Notes: generated by a model not told the origin, from the letters alone. 63,275 bases of DNA, filler included, from Stramenopiles sp. TOSAG23-3 (GCA_900128585.1; 12 parts of 12 records of this genome joined end to end with filler, not necessarily neighbours in it), one strand, 5' to 3'; counted from the whole stretch's first letter, positions 43,214 to 54,096 are shown. Translations and numbers: made by a program.

Positions 43214-45205
43214 TTAAGGAACGAAAACGTCCAGCCATGGCGTGTATCTATCCGCCAGAATCCCAGACAGTCGGGCCAGGAGAATCGCAATCAGTACATC
43301 GAACGTCCAGCTCTCGTGCAGTGCAATGGTAATGCCAGTTTGAAACAACATCAAAAAGCCTGCCAAAGCTCCTGCCATTGCTTTGTGCTTTGTCCGCACC
43401 CGTCCAAAAAACTGCTCCCCCTGCCCATGCACGCTTATGGATAGCAATTCCAAAACGATTACGGTACTGAATGCGACCCTGGCCGACACAAACGAGTAGC
43501 CCACATACGGTTTGACAAAGAAATGTCGTCCAGTCTCTTGCCAATCGGAAATTTTTTCGGTAGGTACAATCAACATGTTTGCACTTAGAACCAGCTCTAG
43601 CAACAGCCGGGTGACCAAAACCAATAGGCCAGAAAGAACCGGGCGAAACGATACCCCAAACAAGGAGATTAATATCGCGGCGAGGCACATTATCTCGCCG
43701 AAAAAATCGCTCAAAGCGCAACAGAAAACTGCACGGGGGGACCCCTCCCCCTCCATCAACCACTTGTTTACCGGGGAGAGCGCCAAGTGCCCAATGTCCG
43801 GTGCGGGCGTGATTGCTTCCAATGCCAAAGCCTTCGGGTTGCCGTCAAGCGTGTCCGGTGGCCTAATGTGTTCCATCGCCGGACCCAGCCATGCATAAAC
43901 ATTCCACCAGAGGTACATGCACGTGCAGGTCAATGTGACGCGGAGAAGAACCGCGGGGAACCCTTTCTTCGTTTTCCTCCTCGCCGACGCAGCATCGGCT
44001 TCGTCAAATTGCAGATGAAATCCCAGAATCTGCGACGACATCCCTGCGTGCTGTGCAGACAGCAGCACACTGTTCCGGGTAATGCCGTGCGGGAAGTGAT
44101 TGTCCCTTTTCCCATGTACGACTTGCTGGTAGTAACCCTTTCTCCTTTCCCCGCCTTTCAGCCGATGGTCTTCGATTGCCAGTGACTTGAAAAAACCGTC
44201 AAGCCCAAGGTTCATCATTGCAAAATTAGTTTTCATGTCGCCCAAATGGTGGATGTAGTGCAATGTGCGGAGCTCGAGGTACCATTTGTACTTTTCCAAG
44301 TGAAAGTTTCGAACGTGAAAGCTCATGTGAAGGGCATTCATCAGCGATGCTTGTAGAAAATAAAGGACGAACACCATTCCAGTCGTAGCCCCCGACACAC
44401 GAAATGGTGGGAGCATCCCGCAGAACAGTATCCCCGACCCCGTCAAAACAACTGGCCATTCGTGCGCAAGGAAAGAGTGTGCCGGTGCAGAATTGCCGGC
44501 GCATTTCTTCTTTTTTGCAGTCTTCGCGGTTGAACTTTCCATTGCAGTGCCATCGGCAATGTTTGTAGTTTTAGTCAGATCCATCAACGACCAAATCGTT
44601 GGTTTGCCGCTCGGGTAAAGCTTAGCAAATAGTTTTGCGGAGCCGTAAAAATCTGTGGGGGGAAAACGCTCCAAGTGATGCTCCATATGAATTTCATGCA
44701 GTTCTGCAAAGTACGGAAACCCCCACTTCACAAACAGTTCGTGCAGCCATTCCGAGTGAGCCATCCGGTGCCAGTTGTAAAATCCAACCATTCCAACTAT
44801 GTAGTACGCAGGAACCACGAGAAGAGAACAGCCTGTAAGCCTTGCAGTGACGTACGAGTACCCCATAAGAAAGAAATAAATGCACAGGACCACTTTTGGT
44901 ATGTGAGACACTTCCCCCTCCCCGGCCATCAAATCCCCAAACTCCCTCGCTTCCTTCGATGCGCTGTGCGACCTTACATTGTACCCGTCCGGGTCGGCCT
45001 TTGCGTTGTAGGCGCTTTCCAGCCCAGCATCGTCATCGCCATCGTCGCTATTCTCATCAAAAAAATGTTCGTTTGAGTCAAGGACCCCAATTTCAAATTT
45101 ATCTCCCATTGTGTTGAGCACACTTTCCGGGTGAATTTTGTTGAACACAGGGGTGGTGTCGCCCCCTGCATAGCGCAAGGGAGCGGAGCCGCCAGGATGC
45201 CTCTT
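43214..45205 (-). CDS. Cytochrome b5 / fatty-acid hydroxylase / sphingomyelin-synthase-like (PAP2_C) fusion; 5' truncated
   Basis: HPGG at 45188-45199 and AGGDTT.VF..IH (b5); His boxes HRMAH, HMEHH, HMSFH and HYIHH; C-terminal DIGH...R...SAR...HESWTFDV region. Confidence 0.82.
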   Translation of the reverse strand, partial: KRHPGGSAPLRYAGGDTTPVFNKIHPESVLNTMGDKFEIGVLDSNEHFFDENSDDGDDDAGLESAYNAKADPDGYNVRSHSASKEAREFGDLMAGEGEVSHIPKVVLCIYFFLMGYSYVTARLTGCSLLVVPAYYIVGMVGFYNWHRMAHSEWLHELFVKWGFPYFAELHEIHMEHHLERFPPTDFYGSAKLFAKLYPSGKPTIWSLMDLTKTTNIADGTAMESSTAKTAKKKKCAGNSAPAHSFLAHEWPVVLTGSGILFCGMLPPFRVSGATTGMVFVLYFLQASLMNALHMSFHVRNFHLEKYKWYLELRTLHYIHHLGDMKTNFAMMNLGLDGFFKSLAIEDHRLKGGERRKGYYQQVVHGKRDNHFPHGITRNSVLLSAQHAGMSSQILGFHLQFDEADAASARRKTKKGFPAVLLRVTLTCTCMYLWWNVYAWLGPAMEHIRPPDTLDGNPKALALEAITPAPDIGHLALSPVNKWLMEGEGSPRAVFCCALSDFFGEIMCLAAILISLFGVSFRPVLSGLLVLVTRLLLELVLSANMLIVPTEKISDWQETGRHFFVKPYVGYSFVSARVAFSTVIVLELLSISVHGQGEQFFGRVRTKHKAMAGALAGFLMLFQTGITIALHESWTFDVLIAILLARLSGILADRYTPWLDVFVP

Positions 45206-45307
45206 TNNNNNNNNNNNNNNNNNNNNNNNNNNNNNNNNNNNNNNNNNNNNTTAATTAATTAANNNNNNNNNNNNNNNNNNNNNNNNNNNNNNNNNNNNNN
45301 NNNNNNA

Positions 45308-48300
45308 CGCCGTTTCTACTTGGGGATTGGTAAGGTGGGGTTACTTCGATTGTGCGGCGTTTTGCCATTAAATTCATCCGCTGCGGCTGTAGCTTCGGCG
45401 ATTGGTCAGTTAGGTGGTGGCACGGTCCTTGTGAAACGTTCTTCGGAGCTGAACACAAAAAAGGGGTCGACGGTTACGTTTACCGTGGGCTTTCAAACTG
45501 ACGGAGCAAAGCAGGTCTTGAATGCAACTGCGCAAGGTTCGTGCGCATTGGTCGGGGGTAAGAATATTAGCGTAACAACGGAGAGCATTGACACCTTTGG
45601 ATACGATCTGACCCACGACGCTTCACAAGAGGAAGTGGAAGCAGAGCTACAAAAACTTCCAGTGGTAGGGAAAACCTTTGTTGTTCGTTCATTAGCGGAT
45701 GAGGAAGGGGGGCACCGATGGAGTATTAGCCTTACTGATTTAAATGGAAATGTTCCAGAACTCAGTTGCCTCACGGATAACAGTTTTGACCTTGTGAAAG
45801 GATCTTCTTGTGCTGTAGACACAATTGTGGACGGAAATGAATTGGGTGGCAGTTTTACGTTGAATTATAAGCAAGAGACCACGGGCGCTATTGCTCATAA
45901 TGCACCGGAGGATGATGTCAAGACGGCAATAGAGCACCTGTCCAATTTGAAAAACGTGCGCGTCGAAAGAAGTCAACCGGATGCGGAAGGAGGATATACC
46001 TGGACAATATACTTCACTCACGACAAAGGTGATTTAGTGTTGTTGACAGCAACGTCTTCTCTTACCGGTACCGGAGAAAAGATTGAGATCAAAGAAATCC
46101 AGAAAGGAAATATCATTGATGGAACCTTCACGTTGGCGTACAAGTCGCAGCGGACCAAAGCCATCGCCTACAATGCGCCTGCTACTGGTCCCGGCTCTGT
46201 GCGGGAAGAACTCTTGAAGCTGACCAACGTAAGGTACATAGACGTGGTTCGCAATGTCGCTGACGAGCAGAGAGGCTACACGTGGACTGTCACGTTTCGA
46301 GATGACATGATGCAAGGAGACTTGCCACTTCTGTCAGCAAATGTAGACAAGCTATCGGGAAAAGGCGTAAACGTTATTGTGTTAGAAGTTCGCAAAGGCT
46401 CTGAGGCGGTAGGAAACGATTTGCACCTGTCTTTCGGAGTGCCCGTGTCAAACGGGGGCGCCCCAATCAACAGGTATCGTGTCGAATGGGACACGACGGT
46501 GGGTTTTGACAGCGGGAACTTGAAATTTGAAGATATTGTCGAGGACGAGATTTTATACGAAGTCAACTACGTAACAGTCAAAGCTGCGGCGGATGATATG
46601 GGAGGATCAATCCAACTTATTTATGATGGCGCTGTGACTGATGATATTTCCATCATGACAGCAAACAAAATCGAATCGGAGGATATTGTGCGAAATAAGC
46701 TTGAAGCGCTGCCTGCAATAAATGCTGTTCGCGTAAACCGAGGGCATAAAATTAACAATGGTTATACGTACTCGGTGACATTTCAATCTGTTGCAACAGG
46801 GGTGGACCCTCAAATGCTGAGGTTTACCGAACACAAACTAACTGGTACCAGCCCAGAACTGTCCGTGGAAGGAAAAGACTGTAAATCTTGCAGATACTTG
46901 AAGGGGTTGACCATGGGCGCGGCGTACTACGTGCGTATTCGTAGCTGCAACGTCCGGGGGTGTTCCGACCCAGTGGCGTATAACAAGTCTGTGATTCCAA
47001 AGCAGTTGCCAAGTGCCCCGACGTCAGTGAAATTGGCGGTTGTGTCGGGTAGTCAGTTGGAAGTCTTCTTCAATCCTCCAAGCAATACTGGAGGGGCAAC
47101 GATCACGTCCTATATAATTGAATGGGACATCGTGGACTCGTTTAACAGCAATGGCGTGGGCAAGGCCCTTGGCCAATCTACCATTCAGGGGGGCGCCATT
47201 GCCGGTAGCCCGCCCTTTACATACTTGATTGGCAGTAGTGTGCCTTTAAATTCCACCTCAACGTATTTTGTTCGTGTCGCTGCAAGCAATAATGTTCCAG
47301 CCCAGCAAATAAGTCCGATTCAGCAGCCGCCAGACAACCGTAACTGGGAAACCAGCACGCCCGCTGCCCTGCGGCCTGAAGACCTCGTGCCAAACTCGCC
47401 AGATAGTGTATTGCTCTCTCTTGTGTCCAAAGACACTCTACGAGTTATCTTTCAGCCTCCTTCTCGCATGGGGGGTGTCACTGCGGGAAAATACATGGTC
47501 GAATATGATGCTGATCAGCAGTTCGTGAGCAACAAGAAAGGATCGCGAGTCGTTTCGACTACTGCATTGCGCACTCTGTACCCAGGGGGTCCGTTTATGT
47601 ACGATATAACAGGTTTGACGCAGGGACAAGTTACCTACGTCCGTATTAAGGCGCACAATGGCGTTGGAGACGGTGGCGGTTACGGCCTAGCCAGATTGGC
47701 GGCACCGTCATATAGCATCCCAAGACGATCTGCCGACCCCCCGTCCAACATCATGATCAGCACTGCCTCCTTGCAAGCAACCCCAGTCCGCCACATTGAC
47801 GTTACCTGGAGCATGCCGAAGGACAACGGCGGAAACCAGATCAAAAACTACAAAATTGAGTGGTGGTCAAAACTAAAGGAGCGTGAAATACAAAGTATTA
47901 CAATTGGTAATACTCACCTCGCGGATAATAACGGGACGTTTCTCCTCAAGTTTAACGGTGGCACTAGTGGAACGATAAGCCATGATGTCTCGGCAACGGA
48001 TTTAAGGTGGTATATCATGAACATCAAAAATAACAACAACGAGTACGTAATCGGCCCAGTTGAAGTGTCGCGATCGATCCATGCACATGGTTACAAATGG
48101 ATGATTACTTTCGTTGACGAGCAAACGAACCCGGGAGATGTGCCCCCATTGGTTATGGACGGGTCGAATCTTCGCTCCGCGTCAGGGAATGGTAAGATAT
48201 CGTTCTCAGTGGTCGAAGAGCACAGTGGTGTGCGTTCGCAAGGATTTGGCGAGTCACAGAAAATTTACGTGTCACCACAGTGCACAGGCGGGTACTTTAG

Positions 48301-50653
48301 GCTAGCATTTGCCCAATCGGGCTGGAGCTCTTACATCCCTTTTGATGCTTCGGTACAAAACATAGAAGAAGCATTGGAAACTCTACCTACCGTGGGGGAT
48401 GTCACTGTTGCCAAGAATGCTTCAAAGAGTTTTTGGATGGTGACCTTCACGACAAACACAGGAAACCTTCCACAATTGCAAATCGACGCCGCAAGGCTGC
48501 AAGGGGCTGGGTGCACCTCACGAACTTTCGATGGCAACAATGCCGTTGATACGGCAGCCGTGAAGAACTGCGTAGAATGCTTTCCAGGCGAAACGCCCAA
48601 TCAGTATCACGTTACTTATGCGCCATCCATCACCCGATCGTATCAAATCCAGAAGCTTATTACTGGCACGACGTATGTCGTCCAAATGAGTGCTGTAAAT
48701 GATAGGGGGGCGGGCAGTGTTGCCATTGCAATGCCAAAGGACATCTTCATCCCTATGCAAGTGCCGGGGCAACCGACCGCTACGACTGTCTATACAAAGC
48801 CTTTGACGTCATCTGAGTTGTACGTCAATTACAGCGCCCCTCTTAGCGATGGAGGGGCACCCATACAGGGTTACAAAATTGAATGGGACTCCAGCCCATC
48901 TTTCGGGAGTAGCGGCAAAAAAGAGGTGCGTTGCCCACGGTATGACATCAAGGAAGTTCAAGAATTGCGGATCAAGCCTCCCCAGGGCGACAGCAGTAGC
49001 ATAAAACCGTCCGTGGGTACCCAAGGAACTTTCCGGCTGCAATTAACGTACAATGGAGTCGTGCACACTACAGGTGTCATACGCCCCGATGAAGTTCCAA
49101 TGGCGGCTGACGAAACGCCAGGGCATGGTGACATCGCGACGTGCAACAGAAAAATCTGCTTCGAGTGCACGAATGGGTACCCCGCCTGCAAAGGGTCGGT
49201 CCAATCGCGAATAGAAGCGCTGGATAACGTAGGGCAGGTTGAAATTACAAGAACGGCGCACGGAAGCAAGGGCGAATATTCTTGGAGTATCACGTTCATG
49301 TCGGACTTGGGCAACATCCCAGCGTTAAAAGTGGTCGACAACCAAGTGAAAACCATGAACAACAACTCCGCGGACGTCCTGATAACAACCATTGGCGACG
49401 GTGTCACCTTTCCCCCCTGCACCGGGCAGCAGCTTGTGACCGGACTGGTGCAAGGAACCATGTACTTCGTTCGAGTGACAGCATTTAATCAAATTGGTTA
49501 TGGTGCAGCTGCGTACTCGAAACCAACGGCGCAGAAACCGATGGTGGTTCCCGGCGTTGCCACTGGGGTAACGTTGCAGGTCGTTGACGGAAATTCCATG
49601 CGTGTATTTATTAATCCTCCACAGGATGATGGGGGGGACACTGTCACAAAGTATATGGTAGAGTGGGACATTTTGTCGAACTTCTCATCGGGGACAAACT
49701 CGTCTTCTCTAGGAAAACATGAGGTTACCAACCTTGCCGGGGGTGCCCCTTTCATATACACTATCCCGTCCCTTGCGACTGGTGTAGACTATTATGTGCG
49801 CGTCTCGTGTTATAACCAAATGGGTTACGGGCTGTCTACGCCCTCGTCGCCTCCCTACGACCATCCCCGTCGCTTACCGACTGCACCAACGAAAGTTAAA
49901 CTTGGAGTTACTTCAAGCTCTAAACTCACCGTTGCGTTCGATCTGCCAACAGACGTTGGTGGCGATCCAATCAGCCACTTCAAGGTGGAATGGGACCGAA
50001 TTAGTAATTTCCAAAGTCGTCACTCCGTACCGCATAAAGGCGAAGTTGAAGTCGATGCGACGAAACACCGGTTTTACACGATCAGCCCTGAAGTTGGGCT
50101 GTCTGAAAGTATTACCTACTACGTTCGAGTCTCTGCGAAAAGCCTGGTGGGCTATGGGGCAACGCAATGGCCAGAGCCGGCCTTCGAGCAGCCCACGTTG
50201 CAGGTCCCAGGGGTGATCTCCACAGCACTCGTGGCACCGCAAACTGGAGTTGCTGGTAATTTAAGCGTTGCCTGGAATTACCCGCGAGTGCCTGCGCACG
50301 GCCTCTTCTGTGGTGGGGGAGGACCGCAAAATTTAACCCTTCCGGACCTGTGCCCCACTGGTATGGGCAGTGGCCAACAAGCCGACGGGGGAACCCCAAT
50401 ACTGTCGTACAAGGTAGAGTGGGATACGTCAAAATGGTTCAACTCCACGGATCCACTTCCTGAGCATGGTTTCTATGTTGTCACCAACCTTGCAGGAGGG
50501 GAACCGTTCCGATACACGATTCCTAATTTGACTCCCACCAAAAAGTATTTTGTGCGCATTTTTGCATACAATGCCCGAGGCGACAGCGCGGCATGCGCTA
50601 AATCTGGATTATTGTGCGATGGGCCGGTACTCTCGGCAGTCCCGAGTGGGTAA
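45308..50653 (+). CDS. C-terminal part of a giant FN3-repeat (titin-like) surface protein; 5' truncated
   Basis: Many FN3 units (P...GG..I..Y.VEWD; YYVRV.A.N..G.G) interleaved with G.F.L.Y...T..I...A....LE.L...V.V.R...W.VTF modules. Confidence 0.88.
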   Translation, partial: RRFYLGIGKVGLLRLCGVLPLNSSAAAVASAIGQLGGGTVLVKRSSELNTKKGSTVTFTVGFQTDGAKQVLNATAQGSCALVGGKNISVTTESIDTFGYDLTHDASQEEVEAELQKLPVVGKTFVVRSLADEEGGHRWSISLTDLNGNVPELSCLTDNSFDLVKGSSCAVDTIVDGNELGGSFTLNYKQETTGAIAHNAPEDDVKTAIEHLSNLKNVRVERSQPDAEGGYTWTIYFTHDKGDLVLLTATSSLTGTGEKIEIKEIQKGNIIDGTFTLAYKSQRTKAIAYNAPATGPGSVREELLKLTNVRYIDVVRNVADEQRGYTWTVTFRDDMMQGDLPLLSANVDKLSGKGVNVIVLEVRKGSEAVGNDLHLSFGVPVSNGGAPINRYRVEWDTTVGFDSGNLKFEDIVEDEILYEVNYVTVKAAADDMGGSIQLIYDGAVTDDISIMTANKIESEDIVRNKLEALPAINAVRVNRGHKINNGYTYSVTFQSVATGVDPQMLRFTEHKLTGTSPELSVEGKDCKSCRYLKGLTMGAAYYVRIRSCNVRGCSDPVAYNKSVIPKQLPSAPTSVKLAVVSGSQLEVFFNPPSNTGGATITSYIIEWDIVDSFNSNGVGKALGQSTIQGGAIAGSPPFTYLIGSSVPLNSTSTYFVRVAASNNVPAQQISPIQQPPDNRNWETSTPAALRPEDLVPNSPDSVLLSLVSKDTLRVIFQPPSRMGGVTAGKYMVEYDADQQFVSNKKGSRVVSTTALRTLYPGGPFMYDITGLTQGQVTYVRIKAHNGVGDGGGYGLARLAAPSYSIPRRSADPPSNIMISTASLQATPVRHIDVTWSMPKDNGGNQIKNYKIEWWSKLKEREIQSITIGNTHLADNNGTFLLKFNGGTSGTISHDVSATDLRWYIMNIKNNNNEYVIGPVEVSRSIHAHGYKWMITFVDEQTNPGDVPPLVMDGSNLRSASGNGKISFSVVEEHSGVRSQGFGESQKIYVSPQCTGGYFRLAFAQSGWSSYIPFDASVQNIEEALETLPTVGDVTVAKNASKSFWMVTFTTNTGNLPQLQIDAARLQGAGCTSRTFDGNNAVDTAAVKNCVECFPGETPNQYHVTYAPSITRSYQIQKLITGTTYVVQMSAVNDRGAGSVAIAMPKDIFIPMQVPGQPTATTVYTKPLTSSELYVNYSAPLSDGGAPIQGYKIEWDSSPSFGSSGKKEVRCPRYDIKEVQELRIKPPQGDSSSIKPSVGTQGTFRLQLTYNGVVHTTGVIRPDEVPMAADETPGHGDIATCNRKICFECTNGYPACKGSVQSRIEALDNVGQVEITRTAHGSKGEYSWSITFMSDLGNIPALKVVDNQVKTMNNNSADVLITTIGDGVTFPPCTGQQLVTGLVQGTMYFVRVTAFNQIGYGAAAYSKPTAQKPMVVPGVATGVTLQVVDGNSMRVFINPPQDDGGDTVTKYMVEWDILSNFSSGTNSSSLGKHEVTNLAGGAPFIYTIPSLATGVDYYVRVSCYNQMGYGLSTPSSPPYDHPRRLPTAPTKVKLGVTSSSKLTVAFDLPTDVGGDPISHFKVEWDRISNFQSRHSVPHKGEVEVDATKHRFYTISPEVGLSESITYYVRVSAKSLVGYGATQWPEPAFEQPTLQVPGVISTALVAPQTGVAGNLSVAWNYPRVPAHGLFCGGGGPQNLTLPDLCPTGMGSGQQADGGTPILSYKVEWDTSKWFNSTDPLPEHGFYVVTNLAGGEPFRYTIPNLTPTKKYFVRIFAYNARGDSAACAKSGLLCDGPVLSAVPSG

Positions 50654-51015
50654 TCGCACCGTCGTCCAATCGAGAATGTTAAACGAAAAACAAAATGCTA
50701 TGTTTGAAAATGTAGCACACACTAATGCACGCTAGTAATTTTAATACTCTAGTGTGCGTATGTACCAATGACACAGGCAAACGCTTGGCAAAACGAAATG
50801 GCATGACCGTCATTTAATTCAAGCCAGAAATGCTCCTACTTTCCTGTGGCAGATTGACAATACCNNNNNNNNNNNNNNNNNNNNNNNNNNNNNNNNNNNN
50901 NNNNNNNNTTAATTAATTAANNNNNNNNNNNNNNNNNNNNNNNNNNNNNNNNNNNNNNNNNNNNCGTGAGAAAATCCCATAAAAAAACATATACTTAAAA
51001 TTTTAATCTTTAATT

Positions 51016-51087
51016 TTAATTACTTAAATAACAGCCAATTTTCTTGTTTTTAATTACTATAAAAAATAACAGCCAATTTTTCTTGTT
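51016..51087 (-). promoter_or_regulatory. Two copies of the candidate 3'-UTR element downstream of the Sec14 gene
   Basis: AATAACAGCCAATTTT(T)CTTGTT at about 51027 and 51065. Confidence 0.5.
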
Positions 51088-51114
51088 TTTAAATTTTAAT
51101 CTCTCTTTTCTTCA

Positions 51115-52917
51115 TTACGAAATAATGCATACATCCAGATCTCCACCACTGCAGCCTCTAAACTTTTGCTGGCCAGCCTCTTTAATTTCCCATGGCTCGT
51201 TTTTCTTGTGCTTCTCTATGGGATGTTTTGTCGGAGAATAAAGCACCGGGAGTTCGTTCCGGCCATTGCGGCCGATTAGACTTGAAAATACGGGATCGTC
51301 GTCTTCAAGATCACTAAGCGACTGAAGAAGCTTATCTTCAGCTCGCAGTATATCCTCCTCTTCCTCGAAGTTTCGCATTTTTCTCTCGTAGCCCACGGCA
51401 TACTGCTGGGTTATCTTCTCCAGTGGTTGGGGTTCTTGTGCTCTTTCATTTACAATTTTTTTTACTACTGAATAGTCTGGCGATTGTTTTGAGAGGGCAG
51501 ATTCCCCAATGCCTATAGAGCTAATTTTTTGCACATCCAAATGTGCAGGCACGGGCGTGGAAGCGCTCGAAGTCACAGGAGACATCCCTTCCAATGCAGA
51601 AGAAGGGTCCGACGCAGCAATGTCTTCCTTGCTTTCCTTTACAACCTCGGCGACCTGTTCAGCAAACGCGTTGCCTGCAGCCCCGGGGATAACTCTGTGC
51701 ACAAAGTCCCACTTTTTTGCTTTGTCGTTGCTTGTGGGTGACGGTGTACTCTCGCCGTTTTCGTAGCTTTCGTTCACACTGTTTTCGTTGGGGACGTTGT
51801 CATGCTGCTGACTCGTTTCCCCGTCGCTATCTTCATATTGCGAAAATTCGGACTCGTCCCCAGAGAACGCCTGCTTGTCTTCACTAACTTCTGGTGCGCT
51901 TCCAACTTCAGATTCCACTGAACCGATGTACTCCTCAATGCTTTCACCTTTCAACGTCCCTTTCCTTTCGATCTCAGCAATATAATGAAAATCGCCCATC
52001 ATAGCAACTCCAGGGTCGGGCCTCTTTTTCGGCGCAAACTCTCTCCGGTCAGTTGTATAGCATATCTCTTTGAGCGAATTAAAGGTTCCCCCGTACTCAA
52101 TCGGTATTTGGTCGTTGTCCATAATTTTTGACAATTCCCCCTTGTAATCTGAACCAAGGATTTTTATTTTTGCAACGGTGCCTGGGTCAAGAAACAGCTT
52201 TATTGACTTCCATATCATTTGAAATGCCCACGGAGCGTTGATTATGTACATACCTCCGTTGACTTCCGGATAATTGCCCTGAAGTTCCGCAGAAATTGCT
52301 TTAAGAAATGACCAAACCTGTGAGGACATGAGGCTTATTGAAAAGCCATCCAAGTCTACAATGGACACAAACTCTTCTACGTGATACCCTACGCTTGCGC
52401 TTTGCACTGCATGGATCCATTTCCCTTTTTCCATTTCAGTCACTTCGTAGTCAACAAATTCTTCAACAGAGACAGAACTTAAAATGCTGCTGACTTTAAG
52501 CTTCCCGACTAGCTTGATATATACAAACCGCCCTGTCTTGTCTATCCCTCCGTAACCTTGGGGGTAGTAAGGCAATATGTCGTCCTTGAAACTACAACCT
52601 AACAACTCGTCTATGGTTTTTGAGGCCTTTTCTTCCACTCTGAATTTTGCTCTCCATTCAAAATGGTCCTGGACCATTTTGGCTGCGTCATCCACTACAA
52701 AGTTCCTGGCCCTCAAAAACCGGAGGCAACAAGTTTCAGGAGACTCTCCTGGTTGCAATATATTCACATACTCTCCTTTCCAGTCAAATCGTCGCAACAT
52801 CGAATTAAGAGCTTTTGTTTCTTCTTCCGTTAAATACCCCACCCTACCTTTTTTCATTTCGACATGGCGCTTTGGGTGGGTTGGGAACTGTTTGCAAGTG
52901 TACTCCCCTTTCCCCAT
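51115..52917 (-). CDS. Sec14/CRAL-TRIO lipid-binding protein with a disordered acidic tail and C-terminal CaaX
   Basis: LRFLRARNF, YPQGYGGIDKTGR, NYPE, IINAPWAF..IW, FLDP.T..KI and IP.EYGG motifs; ends CIIS. Confidence 0.93.
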   Translation of the reverse strand: MGKGEYTCKQFPTHPKRHVEMKKGRVGYLTEEETKALNSMLRRFDWKGEYVNILQPGESPETCCLRFLRARNFVVDDAAKMVQDHFEWRAKFRVEEKASKTIDELLGCSFKDDILPYYPQGYGGIDKTGRFVYIKLVGKLKVSSILSSVSVEEFVDYEVTEMEKGKWIHAVQSASVGYHVEEFVSIVDLDGFSISLMSSQVWSFLKAISAELQGNYPEVNGGMYIINAPWAFQMIWKSIKLFLDPGTVAKIKILGSDYKGELSKIMDNDQIPIEYGGTFNSLKEICYTTDRREFAPKKRPDPGVAMMGDFHYIAEIERKGTLKGESIEEYIGSVESEVGSAPEVSEDKQAFSGDESEFSQYEDSDGETSQQHDNVPNENSVNESYENGESTPSPTSNDKAKKWDFVHRVIPGAAGNAFAEQVAEVVKESKEDIAASDPSSALEGMSPVTSSASTPVPAHLDVQKISSIGIGESALSKQSPDYSVVKKIVNERAQEPQPLEKITQQYAVGYERKMRNFEEEEDILRAEDKLLQSLSDLEDDDPVFSSLIGRNGRNELPVLYSPTKHPIEKHKKNEPWEIKEAGQQKFRGCSGGDLDVCIIS

Positions 52918-53337
52918 CCTGCTCCCACTGCAAACCACTACTTACTAAGACCGGGAAAAAGTCGACGCCCAACTACAAACTGGTACACGTGCTTTCGGTT
53001 AGTTAAATTGGCCTTGCAATAGATAGCTGCCTTGTTGATTAAAACAAAGAGTTGCTTTTTCCTGTTTCTTCGTCGGTTATTGAATAGGCATAATGATTCT
53101 AAAACCATTTTATCCATTATAAAGATCGGATAAGTAACATTCATTAAAAATTCGCCGATGTTCAGTTTCGCTTACTACTTGGTACTACTTCAGCTATTTA
53201 CATAAAAATCATCTCCTCCACTTCTTCTTCGTACCAACTAGTACGGTCACCGCCGGGGGCGGTATAATACAGGTACGGGTACCAGGTATTATACGTACCG
53301 GTATTAGCCTTGCGAAGGTGAAGGAGAGAAGGAGAGA

Positions 53338-53424
53338 GAAGAAGAAGAAGAAGAAGAAGAAGAAGAAGAAGAAGAAGAAGAAGAAGAAGAAGAAGAAGAA
53401 GAAGAAGAAGAAGAAGAAGAAGAA
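53338..53424. repeat. (GAA)29 perfect microsatellite
   Basis: Seen directly. Confidence 0.97.
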
Positions 53425-54096
53425 GAGAGCATGTTCTCTGATGGTTGATGATCCTCACTTTAAATACAAAACAGTGAATAGTGTAATTTAAAATACCAGG
53501 TACATTACACATAGTATTTGATTAGGAAAACAATTAGTTAGAATAGCGTTTAAGTACAAAAGTCCTATTTGAGCATCGATTTTAATGCTATGAACCTTTT
53601 CGTCTTCATTTAGATGGTTTATTGGGAAGGAATCGTAGTGATATAAACTACAATAGACTAATTATTATATTAAATACAAATTATTACCTATTAAAAATAA
53701 AAGGAGGTTAAAAAAAGGAGGATTAAAAACGATAATAATATTTTTAAAAAGAGGGGGGATTTTAATAAATGTGTCTATTTTCATCAATATATAGACACAA
53801 CATTATTACCTTTTAAACTGCTATAGTTAGCTCTATTAGTTATTACAATAGAAAAACCATTATGGTATAATAAGGCTATAGGCTAATAGTACCAATAATT
53901 CCACAAAAATAAAATATACTGAGATCAAAAGGAAGGAACGGGGAAGATCCCGAACGAAAGTGACTTTGCCTCGGTGTCATGCATCTGGTGCCCGATTATT
54001 GATAAATCTTTTCAGAAGCCGAGCTCAACGTGAATATTTTTAGGAATAAAATAGATTGGAAATTATATCGTTTATTCGGAAAAGAAACTGGTGAGG

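Noticed and set aside
53198-53512. ORFs with poly-Leu, poly-Phe or poly-Lys (also 13995-14402, 10664-10983, 28058-28282)
   Set aside because: Translations of GAA/TTC microsatellites and T-tracts.
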